Source: Balanoglossus misakiensis (taxonomy: Eukaryota; Animalia; Hemichordata). From it: 64,000 nucleotides of DNA. The notes beneath the pieces were generated by a model. It was not told the DNA's origin. It searched no databases and saw nothing but the letters and a program-made list of their open reading frames with translations. The stretch is from NCBI GenBank assembly GCA_040954595.2, contig CM082579.2, positions 11,149,625 through 11,213,624 of the forward strand, read 5' to 3'. Shown piece by piece: positions 1 through 11,577 of the stretch (its first letter is position 1; the number at the start of each line of letters is the position of its first letter). A program made the position numbers and the translations under genes.

Positions 1-444
1 GGGAGGGAGGCTTTGAAGTGTTATAAAGCGCAGTCGATGTGCATGGACGCGTTGCCAGACAAAGTTTTGTGATTGGCGTCGCGTCGTGTTCGATGGGCAT
101 GAGCGCTGTTTGGTATCATACAGGTTTTGGAGCAAGACTACAAGTATGCTCTAATAATATTGCCTGAAGAAACTTTATGGCCTTCTCAGGGGAAGAACCA
201 CTACCTCCAAGTTCATCGACACAGCGCCTATTCATTGCTATCGCCATACATGAAATGAATGTTTCATCGTTCAATCATGTGAATTAGTAATGAAAGCATG
301 AGGGCTTGTTGTCTACGTCTTACGATAGCTCTGTGTCTGGAAATCCTCTACACGATGTTCACATTAAAACATTCTCACTTATGTTTGTTATGGTATTTGG
401 CAAAATCTAATGAGTCACTGAACCAATGTGCATTTATCTTACAG

Positions 445-1114
445 ATATACCTCGGGCTCATGGTTGTCGACGGGTTTATTTACGATGGTTCTCTTAAGAA
501 AGATTTGTGATAATATTATTATTTATGGCATGGTGGATTCGGTATATTGCGCGTAAGTATCACGTGTGTGTTTTCTGTTGCACGAGATGCAATTTGAGTC
601 CAAGTCAAAGACCCGCTATATGAAGTGCTTCTAATTATAGATGTAATAAAAAAAGATTTCTATGTGTGTGGTGTTGCATGTATTAGAGACAGCTAGTGCA
701 TGCCCAGTTCCACCACAGTCGAGTCCCTTTATCTAGAGGGACTGTGTTTCTATGTATCAATTCTCCCATCTCCTAGCATGTATGTTGCCCTTCCGTCATT
801 CTAACCAGTAAACACCGGCCACGTATACACAGGGAAACATCTCAAATACAACGGTGTGTTGTTGTGTTTTTCCTTTCAGGCAAAATCCCAGAAGTAACGT
901 GCCATATCACTACTTCGAACCGACTGGAACGAAAGAGTGTTCGGTCTATCTATTACACGAGAAATCCAGAGAACACGGGCACAGATTTCTGACTGAGAAG
1001 TATATCTTCGAGTCGTGGGCTCTAACCAGAACTTACAATATAACATTTCGCTACCCATCTTTGTCTCTAAAGACTATAGATGACCTCCATAAAACGGCGT
1101 TTCTCAAAACGTAA
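445..1114 (+). CDS. ST6GalNAc III-VI-like alpha-2,6-sialyltransferase (GT29), paralogue A; last two exons only (445-552, 880-1114), 5' part outside the window
   Basis: Exon 445-552 (ag/gt flanked) encodes YTSGSWLSTGLFTMVLLRKICDNIIIYGMVDSVYC, which is sialylmotif S. Exon 880-1114 encodes PYHYFE (motif III) and GHRFLTEK (motif VS). Phases are compatible. Confidence 0.9.
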
Positions 1115-1818
1115 CAATAATCGATGTTGTCCTAATCGCATTGAAAGTTGGTGGTATATTGGAAACCATGGTCCTTGGCATCGTCATTTTGCATTGGGTC
1201 GTGTGTACTTGGGGCTGTCGATGCCTCTGTACCGCCAGCCACGCAGTTCTGGGCCAATTTCTTTCAAACGAGGACACAGTGTGTTTCACAACCACGTAGT
1301 CCGATATGGCAACTTGCTATTTCTATCTGTTCGCAATGCTTAAATAACGAATGTACAAACGAATTGAATCATTTCATAGTTGATACAAGTACAGAACACA
1401 GTGACTTGAATATCTGTGTTTGAGTGCAATACGGCTTTGTGGCAGTCAGCTGCATTGATTTCATCCGGAGGTCAATGCTGTTGCTTCACGAGCAAAACAT
1501 CTCAGCAATGGGACGATCAGAATCACGGTAGTGACCGTGTCAGAATTTATTGCTTTTTTTTAATCAATGATAGACAAAAACTTTGGCATGACTACTTGTT
1601 GTGGCATTGCTACTTGATATGTATAATTATATGTATATTATTTATCTACATTATTTAAGCAATAATTTGGACAAAATACATATCATTTTAGACAGTGGGT
1701 TCATAGCTGTTCTGGTACCGTTTCGGTGGTGTTTCTGATGTGGACGAATTTTACAGAGGCCGGTCCGGTTGTGTGAAGTCGTTCACTCTCGCAATGGAAA
1801 ATACCACTATGTTAGAGG

Positions 1819-1985
1819 TGGTCAGTTTCTTCGACCTGGTGGTGGATTCTATTTTGTGGATATCGAAAATTGACTGATCCCCCTTTGAACGTAGAAGTGG
1901 GTGACCCCCCGGTGACCCCCCCTCCCCATCTAAACAGGTTGTCCTCCCCTATGAATCCACCTCCGACCGTAGAAACTGACCAGTA
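1819..1985 (+). mobile_element. MITE family C, degenerate copy 1 (PIF/Harbinger-like)
   Basis: TGGTCAGTTTCTTCG...AGAAACTGACCAGT termini. Internal GGTGGATTCTATTTTGTGGATA is shared with the copies at 2753 and 20690. Confidence 0.75.
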
Positions 1986-2149
1986 CGCACACATGCAAGA
2001 GACTGCCCGACTGTTCGTGAAGTACTTCGAATCATGGACATTTTAAAGCGATATTTGAAGACACTATTTCGGAATGCATTCAAATTATACAAGGACATCC
2101 CCCTGTTTATCACAGAATTATACACTAGAATAGAATCAAAATGTGTTGT

Positions 2150-3410
2150 CCACAACCTGTTAAAGAGTAAAGGAGCAATCTGTGGTAGAACGAAGATTGC
2201 GACCATAATAACGAATATTTATGAGCTCTCATAGATACGACGGAGCCGTATTATTTAAAACTTATTAGCAAGTCAAACAAAGGATTTTAAAGTCAACCCG
2301 TTTCTGGGAAACCAGTGCAATCTCTTAAGTAATGGTGTAATATGTTCTGTTTTTTTTCTGGTTTTAGTGAATAATCTGAAGAGACTGTAACTTATTCATT
2401 TTATAATTTGGCAGACAATAAAAAAGGCTGTTCCCCTATTCAAGCCTAGAAGTGACAAAAGCATGGACAAGTTTTTTTTCTGTTGAAACCTGATCTAAAC
2501 AATTCCGGATTTTACTAAATCTCCACAAAGCAAAAGACGCTGATTTACACACACTGGAAACATGTGATGTCATAGTCACCGAAACGTCGAATGTGCACTG
2601 TAGATGACGGATGGACACTGATACCCCTAGCTCTGCGTACAGGTCTGTGTGCTCCCGGCGTTACACGGGGAGCACACAGACCTGTACGCAGAGCTATGAT
2701 ACCCCCAACTTGTACATCGCACACACATGGTCGGTCCCTATCACCAGACTTTGGGACTGGTCAGTTTCTTCGGCCTGGCGGCGGTGGATTCTATTTTGTG
2801 GATAATCAAAAAGTGACTGACCCCCCTTCCCTACTGATAATGGAAAAGTGGGTGACCCCATCACCCAATTCCAAATCAGGGTGACCCCCCCCCCATGTAA
2901 TCTACCGTCCACAGGCCGAAGAAACTGACCAGTCCAATAACCTCTGAGTCTTACTGTCTTACAAGCATGTTATCATGCATCCACTGGCGAATTCCACTTA
3001 CACAGTTCTCAGTAATTTTACTCGGGACACAATCACGAGAGCAAACAATATACAACTGGGAGTCATCAGCATAAAACATACTTTGTAGACCGTGTTTATC
3101 TATAATGTCCTCAAGGGGTGATGCATACAGACTAAATAAAACTGGTCCCAAGACAGAGCCCTGGGGAACGCCACAATCAAGCGGTTGTGCCTCCGACATC
3201 ACCGACCCAATACGTACTGTCATTGTTCTGCCTTGTAAATATGAAGTAATCCAGTTGAGAACAGTACCCAGGATACCAAACCTATGACGTCGTAGTCTAT
3301 AAATCAAGATGTTATGGTCGATGGTATCGAAGAAGCTGAAAAATCTAGCAAGGCCATCGTACACTTCATTTTGGACTCGAATGAGTGCAGTCTCATTACT
3401 ATGTACTATA
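2150..3410 (-). mobile_element. Decayed, 5'-truncated non-LTR retrotransposon (L2/CR1 clade) ORF2 fragment, interrupted by insertions
   Basis: ORF 2951-3448 carries RT motifs FDTIDHNIL, GVPQGSVLGPVLFSLY and FYADDSQLY. It continues in 2436-2618 (VHAFVTSRL) and near 2180-2252 (APSYL*ELI...RNLRS) with stops and frameshifts. Confidence 0.9.
2753..2936 (+). mobile_element. MITE family C copy 2, inserted in the LINE fragment
   Basis: TIR GGACTGGTCAGTTTCTTCGGCCTG / CAGGCCGAAGAAACTGACCAGTCC, 24 bp perfect. Confidence 0.85.
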
Positions 3411-3741
3411 ATAATAGATAAAAGACAAATCACAATACACAGACACACAATAAAACACTACACAATCATCTAAAATGTGAACGCAAAGAATTCCGTCAAA
3501 CGGCCGCGTCTGCCTGAATTAAAAAAACATTTATTTCGCTTGGAGCAAACGATTTCTGAAAATCTTGGTGCTCTATATGTGTCTATATCGTCTCCCTAGC
3601 GACATAACCTCAAACTGCGTGTGCAGGGGATGAGAATCATTAACTTTTTTGACAATGTTTTTCCCGATTATTTTCCCCGCCATGTTTACAATACGGTTGA
3701 GTTGGATACCTAAAAGCTAAAGGCTTTTACTAAAACAGATA

Positions 3742-4649
3742 CAGTAAAACCTGTCAAAACCGGACTCTGGGGGGACTGAGAAATCTGTCCGGTTTGAACA
3801 GTGGTCCGGTTTGGAGGGGTGGGCGTGGTCAAAAGTTTTCCGATCCGGCCGTGTTTCACACATCGACCGTATACATACATACGCACGTACGACCACGGGC
3901 GTCATGGAACAATAAAGTGTATGGATAATTTAGCATAGGTCTAAACGAATACACAATAAATATTTTTCCTTTTTTTTATGTGAACGAGAACTACACTCAC
4001 GAACGGCCTAGCTACAGCTGGACTCGCAAAATATGCGAGCGAACGCACTAGCGCCGCCGAACGCGCCGAACGCGGAAGTGATGGAGCAATCTACAACCGC
4101 ACGCGCCTGGCCCAGCGCGCGCGGCAGACGATCGTACGACTCCGTTGCTAGCCAGGACAGACGCGCTCGTATACATCGCTCTGATTGAATGTGCCTTCAT
4201 AGCTTTGACCGTCCGAAAAAAATGACACGGGGAAACGTTATGTTTGATCAGCCGACAACAGAGCTCATTACTGCAGTGACACTCCACTTGTCAAAAATAT
4301 GCGACAAACGAGTCGAACAATAGAATGCGTTCACGCCTTGCTTGAGTGACAGCTCCACGCCGTTGATTGCTTGTTAAATTGGTCAAAACAAAACTCAAAG
4401 ACAAAAGACAGTGATTCATCATATCTTTAATGTAGCAAAAACAAAGAAACTTGAAAAGATGCCGTCTTCAAACAGTCGTTCCGTCCGGTTTTCGCTCGAA
4501 ATCCCGTCCGGTTTCCACAGTAGACAGTGGCCGGTCTGCAGAGGTTTTTTAACACAGGGCGTCTATGGGAGTGGGCAGGGACTGAAAAAATCGTTCGGTA
4601 TGGACAGTGGTCCGGTTTTACCAGGGTCCGGTTTTGACAGGTTTTACTG
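3742..4649. mobile_element. Non-autonomous Tc1/mariner-pogo(Tigger)-like DNA transposon, ~908 bp
   Basis: TIR CAGTAAAACCTGTCAAAACCGGAC / GTCCGGTTTTGACAGGTTTTACTG, flanked by TA on both sides (3740-3741, 4650-4651). Subterminal CCGGTTT repeats; no transposase ORF. Confidence 0.9.
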
Positions 4650-4880
4650 TACCAAGGCAACAAATTTTTTACAAATGCTTCTTACAGTATTTTCGCTTCA
4701 CCCTGCAGTGTCATAGCACGGAGTTTTCTCGTGTTACAACTTGCCTGGTCATTTTAGGGCTTCGTCAACTTACTGCTTATTGAATAATGCGAAAAAGTGC
4801 CTATCATCTGCGTGATTTACTTGGAGGAGTAACAGCACCGTACACCCCCTCCAAACACACAACCATCTCCCCCGACCCCC

Positions 4881-4989
<109 letters not shown>

Positions 4990-5489
4990 GCGCGCGCATG
5001 ACGTTTTGGACGTTTGTAATTATCACAATGGAATTCAATAGTTGTGTCAAATGTTCTTATTACGTAACAACAAACATTACAAAGGGAGAATGACCCAGCT
5101 GTACATCCATGATGGACTGCGCCAGGTGCAAACGTGCAGCTGCAGGTATAGGGTTGATCTTCAAAAGCATGTAAAGGATACGACGTTTAAAACAGAACGG
5201 TTTATACAGTTGGTGTAGCTCTTCTCATCGTAAATGTCTCGTTGTGCTGATCTCGTCACGACATTTCGGATTCTGGATGCAAACACAACGCAGACTGCCG
5301 AGAAAGGAAAGTACAGGTATAGAGACGTGATTATCTGCTGTGTTCGCCGCGCTGGCTCGTGCCAATAGACATACAGTTCATGAGTTTTACTGCTTCTTCT
5401 ATTATTATATTGGCCGATTTGACAGGGACATTTCTACGTGTACGAAACTACAATATCAACTCGAAGTTACGATCCGTTGAAGCCAAAGC

Positions 5490-8140
5490 ATGAAAAGGAA
5501 ACTTTTATTGATTTGCCTTTTGTTAACTGGCGTTGCTGTGCATGTTTATGTCATGAATAGACGACTCGGTGGTCGGCAATGGGCCCCGAACAGATCTCGT
5601 ACAGAAGCGAAGTATGTGACTACTTTGCGTGTAGATGACGTGGAGAATGTCAACCTGTCACTTGAGAAACGAGGCGATGTGGCAGAGACGGTGACGACAC
5701 AGAAACATGTCACGAGGGTCGGAAGTGTTGCTAAGCAAATGGTTACTACAAGAGAGATAATTAACCGCGGTGTCAAGAATACCACAAGCACGAATGATGC
5801 TGGAAATGTGAAGACAGCGAAGAAACCGAAGACGAAGAAGACAACTTCTATAGGTCCGCTGGTGGATAAAATAGCGAAGAGATTACTTGACGGTAAACGA
5901 AATCTGACAGATCCTTTACATGACGACCCTATGGGATATTTGACCTTGGATGGAAACAAGGTATGACGGGATATCATTCTTTACAAGTTTCAACCATCCA
6001 TTTTACTGGCTCTATGCCACCCATTGCATGATGCTGAATCAATCTGATTAAAATCAGATGTAGGGAACGGCGACGTGTTTTTTATGCTGTCGTAGTGTGA
6101 GGCGACAGCATAAAAGAAACCACGTCGCCGTTCCCTACATCTGATTTTAATCAGATTGGATGCTGAATGTGTGGGACGACCGCTTGGTTGGTTCGCTGGT
6201 TGCAACTGGTTGCAATAAAACCGGTTGATCACTGGCCCCGTCAATCAGTGTCAATCCTTTCGCTATTTTGTCTGATATTGCGTCCATCTCAATTTTTCGC
6301 GTAATGTTTCGTTTTGCTTTATCCAGTGGACTTTCTGTGTTTATCCAAGAGTCTAGTCAATTTCTCCGGACGGGTTGGTTAGGGTGGTGGATTTGCTTTG
6401 GTGTACATCAAAACGTCACTGAACCCTATCAAGCAAAACATGGTGACCACCTTTTCAATAAACATAGTAGACACAGAACGATAATACATGGCCAATCGTG
6501 TTAAACGGCATGAAATAGAGACACTTTTCAGAAAATTATCAAATAATCTTACAGAGACGGTATTTATGCCAATGATAACGATTTGTTGTCGACTTTTTTT
6601 TTCAAACAGAAACTTCAACTCAGTTGTAAGAAGTGCGCCCTCATATCGTCATCTGGACATTTACTAGATTCAAATGCTGGCAAGCAAATTGATCAAACAG
6701 AGTGTGTCTTACGAATGAACAATAACCCAACGGGACAGTTCAGTGCCGATGTAGGCAAGCGTACAACGCTCCGCTACATTGCACATTCATCTCTTGGTCG
6801 AGTTCTCAAATCACCAAAGGACTTCTTTGGAGGGAAAACAAAACCGAAATTTGTGGTGATTTGGGGGCCTCCTTCAACGATGAGGTCAGACGGATCCGGA
6901 AGAATCTTCAACTCTGCTAAACGACTCCAAAAATTGTACAAAGACATTGAATTTTACCAGGAGACGGTGGCAGAATACGCATTTACGTCGACAATATTTG
7001 AACGAATTACAGAAGAAGACAGGTAATAATACGGGTTTGTGTTTGATTGTAGGGACTATCTTCGGTTTAGAGATACAACAATTTTAATTTCAATGTGGCC
7101 AAGAAGCAGTGAAAACGTTTTTTATAATTCCACCAGACATATTTGTTTGTTGGAATAAAGGTATAAATAAAGCCCAAAACGAAAGCCAGAACAAAACGCA
7201 CACAATATACCCAAACCTACACACTCAAACATTAAGTGTATAGGTCCTTGCATTGTGCTGTTCTGGCATTGATTTTACATTATATGCTTTATATTGACAT
7301 CTTTATATCAACAAAAAACGAACAAACAAAATAGCCACATATGGATATAATTGCGGATTTTCATGGCGACTCCGTTTGTTTTGTGCAAACGATGTTTATG
7401 ACCCATCTTTCGCCCATTCCTATATCATAGACGGGGTAACTGGTTGACAACTGGTTGGCGTACCGTGATGTTAGCGCTAAATATATGTGAACATCTTACA
7501 ATCTATGGAATGGCAAAATACGACCACTGCAGGTATTTGTTTACTAAACGCCACAAATCAAGTTCTTCTCAGTAATCAGAAGTAAATTTAGACAAGTTCG
7601 TGAACTTCTGGCTTGATCCAACCAGGGAAACCTGTCTGAACGAAGCCACCGAATATTCTTTTGAGACACATTGTGTCGGATAGCTCTCTTCCCGCGTGGA
7701 CTATGTGGTTGATCTTTTCCTCTATTTCCTATACAACCCAACAACTGTGTTTATCCCAGGCGAACAATAATACGTTGGCCCAATCTGATTAAAATCACTA
7801 GTGTGAGGCGACAGCATAAAAAAACAAAGTCGCCGTTCCCTACATCTGATTTTAATCAGATTGACGTTGGCCCAGCCTGTTCAATTGACAAAATAGTCCA
7901 ATTATAATACTTTTGTCTTTCAGCCACGCCCATGCCAAACCCGTGCCTTTTCACTATTTTGCGAAGGACAACAGGACAGAATGTTCACTGTACACAAGAA
8001 GTGAAACTTTCAAAGGATCTGGACATCGTTTTCAGACAGAAAAGTTGATATTCGAATACTTGTCTCACATTTACAATATAACATTTCGTCATCCGGAATG
8101 GGAATCCCAAGAAACTTTTGGAACGAAGTTGAATGTTTAA
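5490..8140 (+). CDS. ST6GalNAc III-VI-like sialyltransferase paralogue B, ~400 aa; exons 5490-5960, 6610-7022, 7431-7532, 7924-8140
   Basis: Type II membrane N-terminus MKRKLLLICLLLTGVAVHVYV and a Thr/Lys-rich stem. Sialylmotif L (CALISSSGHLL...IDQTECVLRMN...DVGKRTTLR), S (WLTTGW...ICEHLTIYGM), III (PFHYF) and VS (HRFQTEK). All introns are GT-AG; 1203 nt in frame. Confidence 0.93.
6040..6158. mobile_element. Hairpin MITE family D copy 1, 119 bp, 10-bp TSD (MULE/foldback-like)
   Basis: Near-perfect palindrome CAATCTGATTAAAATCAGATGTAGGGAACGGCGACGTG...CACGTCGCCGTTCCCTACATCTGATTTTAATCAGATTG. GATGCTGAAT is duplicated at 6030-6039 and 6159-6168. Confidence 0.9.
7781..7863. mobile_element. MITE family D copy 2, internally deleted, 9-bp TSD
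   Basis: Same termini CAATCTGATTAAAATC...GATTTTAATCAGATTG. ACGTTGGCC is duplicated at 7772-7780 and 7864-7872. Confidence 0.88.
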
Positions 8141-8940
8141 ATGTAAGAAATGTAAGGCTGTGTTCACTTGTGGTAGGTGGAGGGGTCGGGTGAATTGTAA
8201 TTAAAATATCAATGCATTTATTATTCTTAAGACTCCTTAAGTTCCCCCAAATTTTCAGACCCCCCCCCCGCAATTGGCATTGTTCAAAAATGTCTACCTT
8301 CCAACCCGTTCAGCCTAAAATTTATACTTATATATTTATTAAAGATTGTAAGTTATGGCATTAGTTTGTGTATCAACTTGTTTTCTTGTAATTTTCGACG
8401 TGAAATATTACTTCATTGTACCGATAAACCAGTTCACTGAAAGCAATGCATATTACATCCAGCATATTCAATACAAGTGCGATCTGCAAGGTTTGGCTAG
8501 GTCGCCCCACAACCACAAGCAATGTTTTGAAGGAGAGTTCCTGCGCGAGAAAATACACTGGACTGACAAACATGTTAATGGAGTAGTGTAGTTTATAAGA
8601 AAAATCACCAGAACACATTGCACTAAACCAAAAATGAAGTAAAATTTTACATTTGAATAATATTGAATATAACAGTTATAACATGAAGTTGTCAAACGAT
8701 ATTATCTCCGCTTGATCAAGACTTTGAAAACACTGAGAAAGTCATGTTGTATCGACCGTTTGTGGTTTATGGTAGTTATACGCGATCATAGTTTTATTCC
8801 TGTTTGTACAGCCACATATCACATAGGGGGAACCATTCCCGTGCGCATGCAGGCTGGACTTGTGATTTTGGGTTGACGGCACATTCAAGCGCCCGCACAC
8901 GACATAAACTTTGCAGAAGCCGCCCAAGTATTCTTGCAAT

Positions 8941-11043
8941 TTAAGTGTAAATTTCACCGTTCAGGACAAATGGAGTCTGTATACTGCCAGTAAAATTGTA
9001 TCCGTCCCACGAAGGATAGTGAAACGTTGCATTGTGTTGGTGCGCCCATTTTCCTAAAATCGCTTTCTCGGTGACAAATCGATGACCACCTCTCTTCGTC
9101 TTCTCGTGTTTCTCATAGTAACCACACTCTGTCTTGTTGCTGTACTTTCCATAGTAGTGAAAAACGGCAGTATCATTTGGATGTTGTCTGCGGAGTGGAA
9201 AAAATCAACACGTCGTGGCAGTATGTCAGTTACATTCCAGTCAATGGTGAAGACTGTTACATGTACAAATATCACGAGGAAACATTGACTATACCAGTCA
9301 AGAATACATAATATGATGCCTCGCTTCTGTTAAACTTACATTCAAACCTTCCCTGTGTCTTTCAATGAAATCGTCTTGGAGAAGACGCTCCATCAAACCA
9401 ATGACACGGTAAAAGTAATGCGAAAAATAATCTGCCGTTTCCTTGCATTGATATTTTTTTATCTTTACGCCTTTTATGAAAATTCACGCCATTGTCGTCT
9501 TCTCAAAATGTTCACAAAGGGAACTGGATGAAAACCGGACCTCGATGGTTCAAAAGAAATGAGACATATTATCCCATTTCAGTGACAAGTCAATAGGATG
9601 AGATGAGTAGGAAACAGTTGAGTAGTAGCACCCCCTGAGACGTTGTTAGGATTCAAAAATAAGCAATGTAGATAGAAAATAAGTACTTACTGACAATACT
9701 TGTCATGTATCATTCCATATATGTTGATATGGTCACAAACATCAAATGCTAACATCATAGCCAGTAAACCAGTAGAAAGCCACGAATTACTCTCCATTCT
9801 ATCAGGAAAAAAGATGAGATTGATGAGGACGATCTCAATAATAAGCAACATTTGGTATTCTCTGGAACTTAATAAGTATCGACCAATGACTGCAGATACT
9901 TGCCACGAAGAATTTAAAACAAAGCGTCTTTAGCGGGTAGCCAATAGAGTCGGCATAACATTGCGAGAAGCGTTCGGTTTTTAGCACGTGTTATGAAAAC
10001 ATGCAGCTGTATGCTGAAGCTGTTTTCAAGCAGATACCACGGGAATTCTTCCGTACATATTGCAAGAGTCAAGTCACGAGGTCAGGAAATATACACTAAT
10101 TTATCGCAGTATGAACCAATGTTGTAAGTCCGAAAAAGTAGATTAATTTTACAAAATACATTGACTAGATATCAGTTTCATCACAATCCCTCAAAAAGAG
10201 GTACTGTGGTTAATTTCTGTTCTATGATAATGTATGATGGCGTCGTCACGATTGAAAGCTTATACCAGTGGCATGACATCACATTAAGTTTCGTCAGAAA
10301 ACTTGCAAATTTCGGTCATGCAATGCAAAAACTATTAATTTTATCGTGACTGTAAATTGTTTGTCACGTGTCCCTGTGTGAACAATATTAAAAATGTACG
10401 TTTCCCAACTAACAGCCCAACTTGCCAAAAGCAGGATATCGGAGTTGATCACTCAGAGTTAATCAGAGATTTTTTTATTTGAAAGGAGTTGTTTCTTATC
10501 ATAGAAGTTTAAGATTACGTTACCGATTTCTTCCGGTCTCTTTTTCAAATAACTCACTGATCATATTTTCAGTTTCCGGTCGAAAGAAGTAATACTTGAT
10601 ATGATGATATTTTTCCATTGTTTCCAAGGTGATCCGGTACGCCCTGGCTTGTTTAAGTGGATGTACGCCCCAAAACACCATCCTCTCCGGGGCCGATTCT
10701 CCGGTCATGACGTCATCGTTCATTCCTGGAGTTGACATGAAGCAGACAACGCGCAAAGTTGTCCTTTTGCCATAATCTTCTTCAAATCCCCTGACAGGCG
10801 CCACATTCATTCGAATGACGCAATCATTGTTGTCAATTTCAGCCCCAGCTTTGGTTCCCAGAAGGCGACCCGAGCTTGGCAGATAAGCACAGCTTTTACA
10901 GTGGAAATCAAGACCCTGTTGAATGGAGAAAATACAGGCAGAAACTTCGGGTCAATGGCAGAGTTGGTCGCCTTCTCTCAACGTACAGAGACCCTGACAG
11001 AGACCAGGATAGGAAAACAGGCAATGACGAACCTGAACTCCCC

Positions 11044-11089
<46 letters not shown>

Positions 11090-11108
11090 CGACGACGACG
11101 ACGACGAC

Positions 11109-11203
<95 letters not shown>

Positions 11204-11577
11204 CGATGATATGAGATTATTATTGACATGAATGAATAGTTTTAAGGGACAGTGGTCCAACAACTTACCAGTTTACCATCGGCTGCCATGTAATATGTTT
11301 GGTGGTTATCATCAGATAGTGGTACATCTTGATTTAATGGAATATCATGACGGTGGTTCTCATGGTGAATCTCGTTCTGGCCGTGTAACTGACCGTTTAC
11401 TTCTTTTCTTTTCATGTAAATTGCTCTCATGATGGCGCTATTTCCTTGATCTGTCTGCTGTTGCTGATAAAATATTCCTCGAAGTGCTGAGTGGGCTTTC
11501 TTGTAGACAAGGAACATGCCAACAAGGGCTAACAAGTTCAAGAGCAGTACTGCAGCCACGTGCTTCCTTTTGCGAAT
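8941..11577 (-). CDS. ST6GalNAc III-VI-like sialyltransferase paralogue C, ~354 aa; exons 11577-11269, 10915-10524, 9798-9691, 9187-8941; start exon uncertain (candidate ATG ATA AAG|gt at 12807-12799)
   Basis: N-terminal IRKRKHVAAVLLLNLLALVGMFLVY (basic residues plus TM). Motif L CAYLPSSGRLL...IDNNDCVIRMN...DYGKRTTLR; motif S WLSTGLL...VCDHINIYGM; III FHYY; VS HRFVTEK. Same intron phases as paralogue B. Confidence 0.9.
11044..11210. repeat. (GAT)n trinucleotide repeat with an internal (GAC)7 block, intronic
   Basis: Direct inspection; lies between exons 11269 and 10915 of paralogue C. Confidence 0.97.

Noticed and set aside
2951-3448. Reverse transcriptase as part of a retron/DGR-like or domesticated system
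   Set aside because: Truncated, frameshifted L2/CR1-type LINE remnant in a eukaryotic genome, with no accessory elements.
5546-5977. 143-aa antisense ORF
   Set aside because: Shadow of the sialyltransferase B stem exon.
6040-6158. Hairpin as pre-miRNA or CRISPR-like repeat
   Set aside because: Flanked by a TSD and multicopy, so a MITE; no spacer array.
10876-11263. ORFs encoding poly-Met, poly-Ser and poly-His proteins
   Set aside because: Translations of an intronic (GAT)n microsatellite inside sialyltransferase C.
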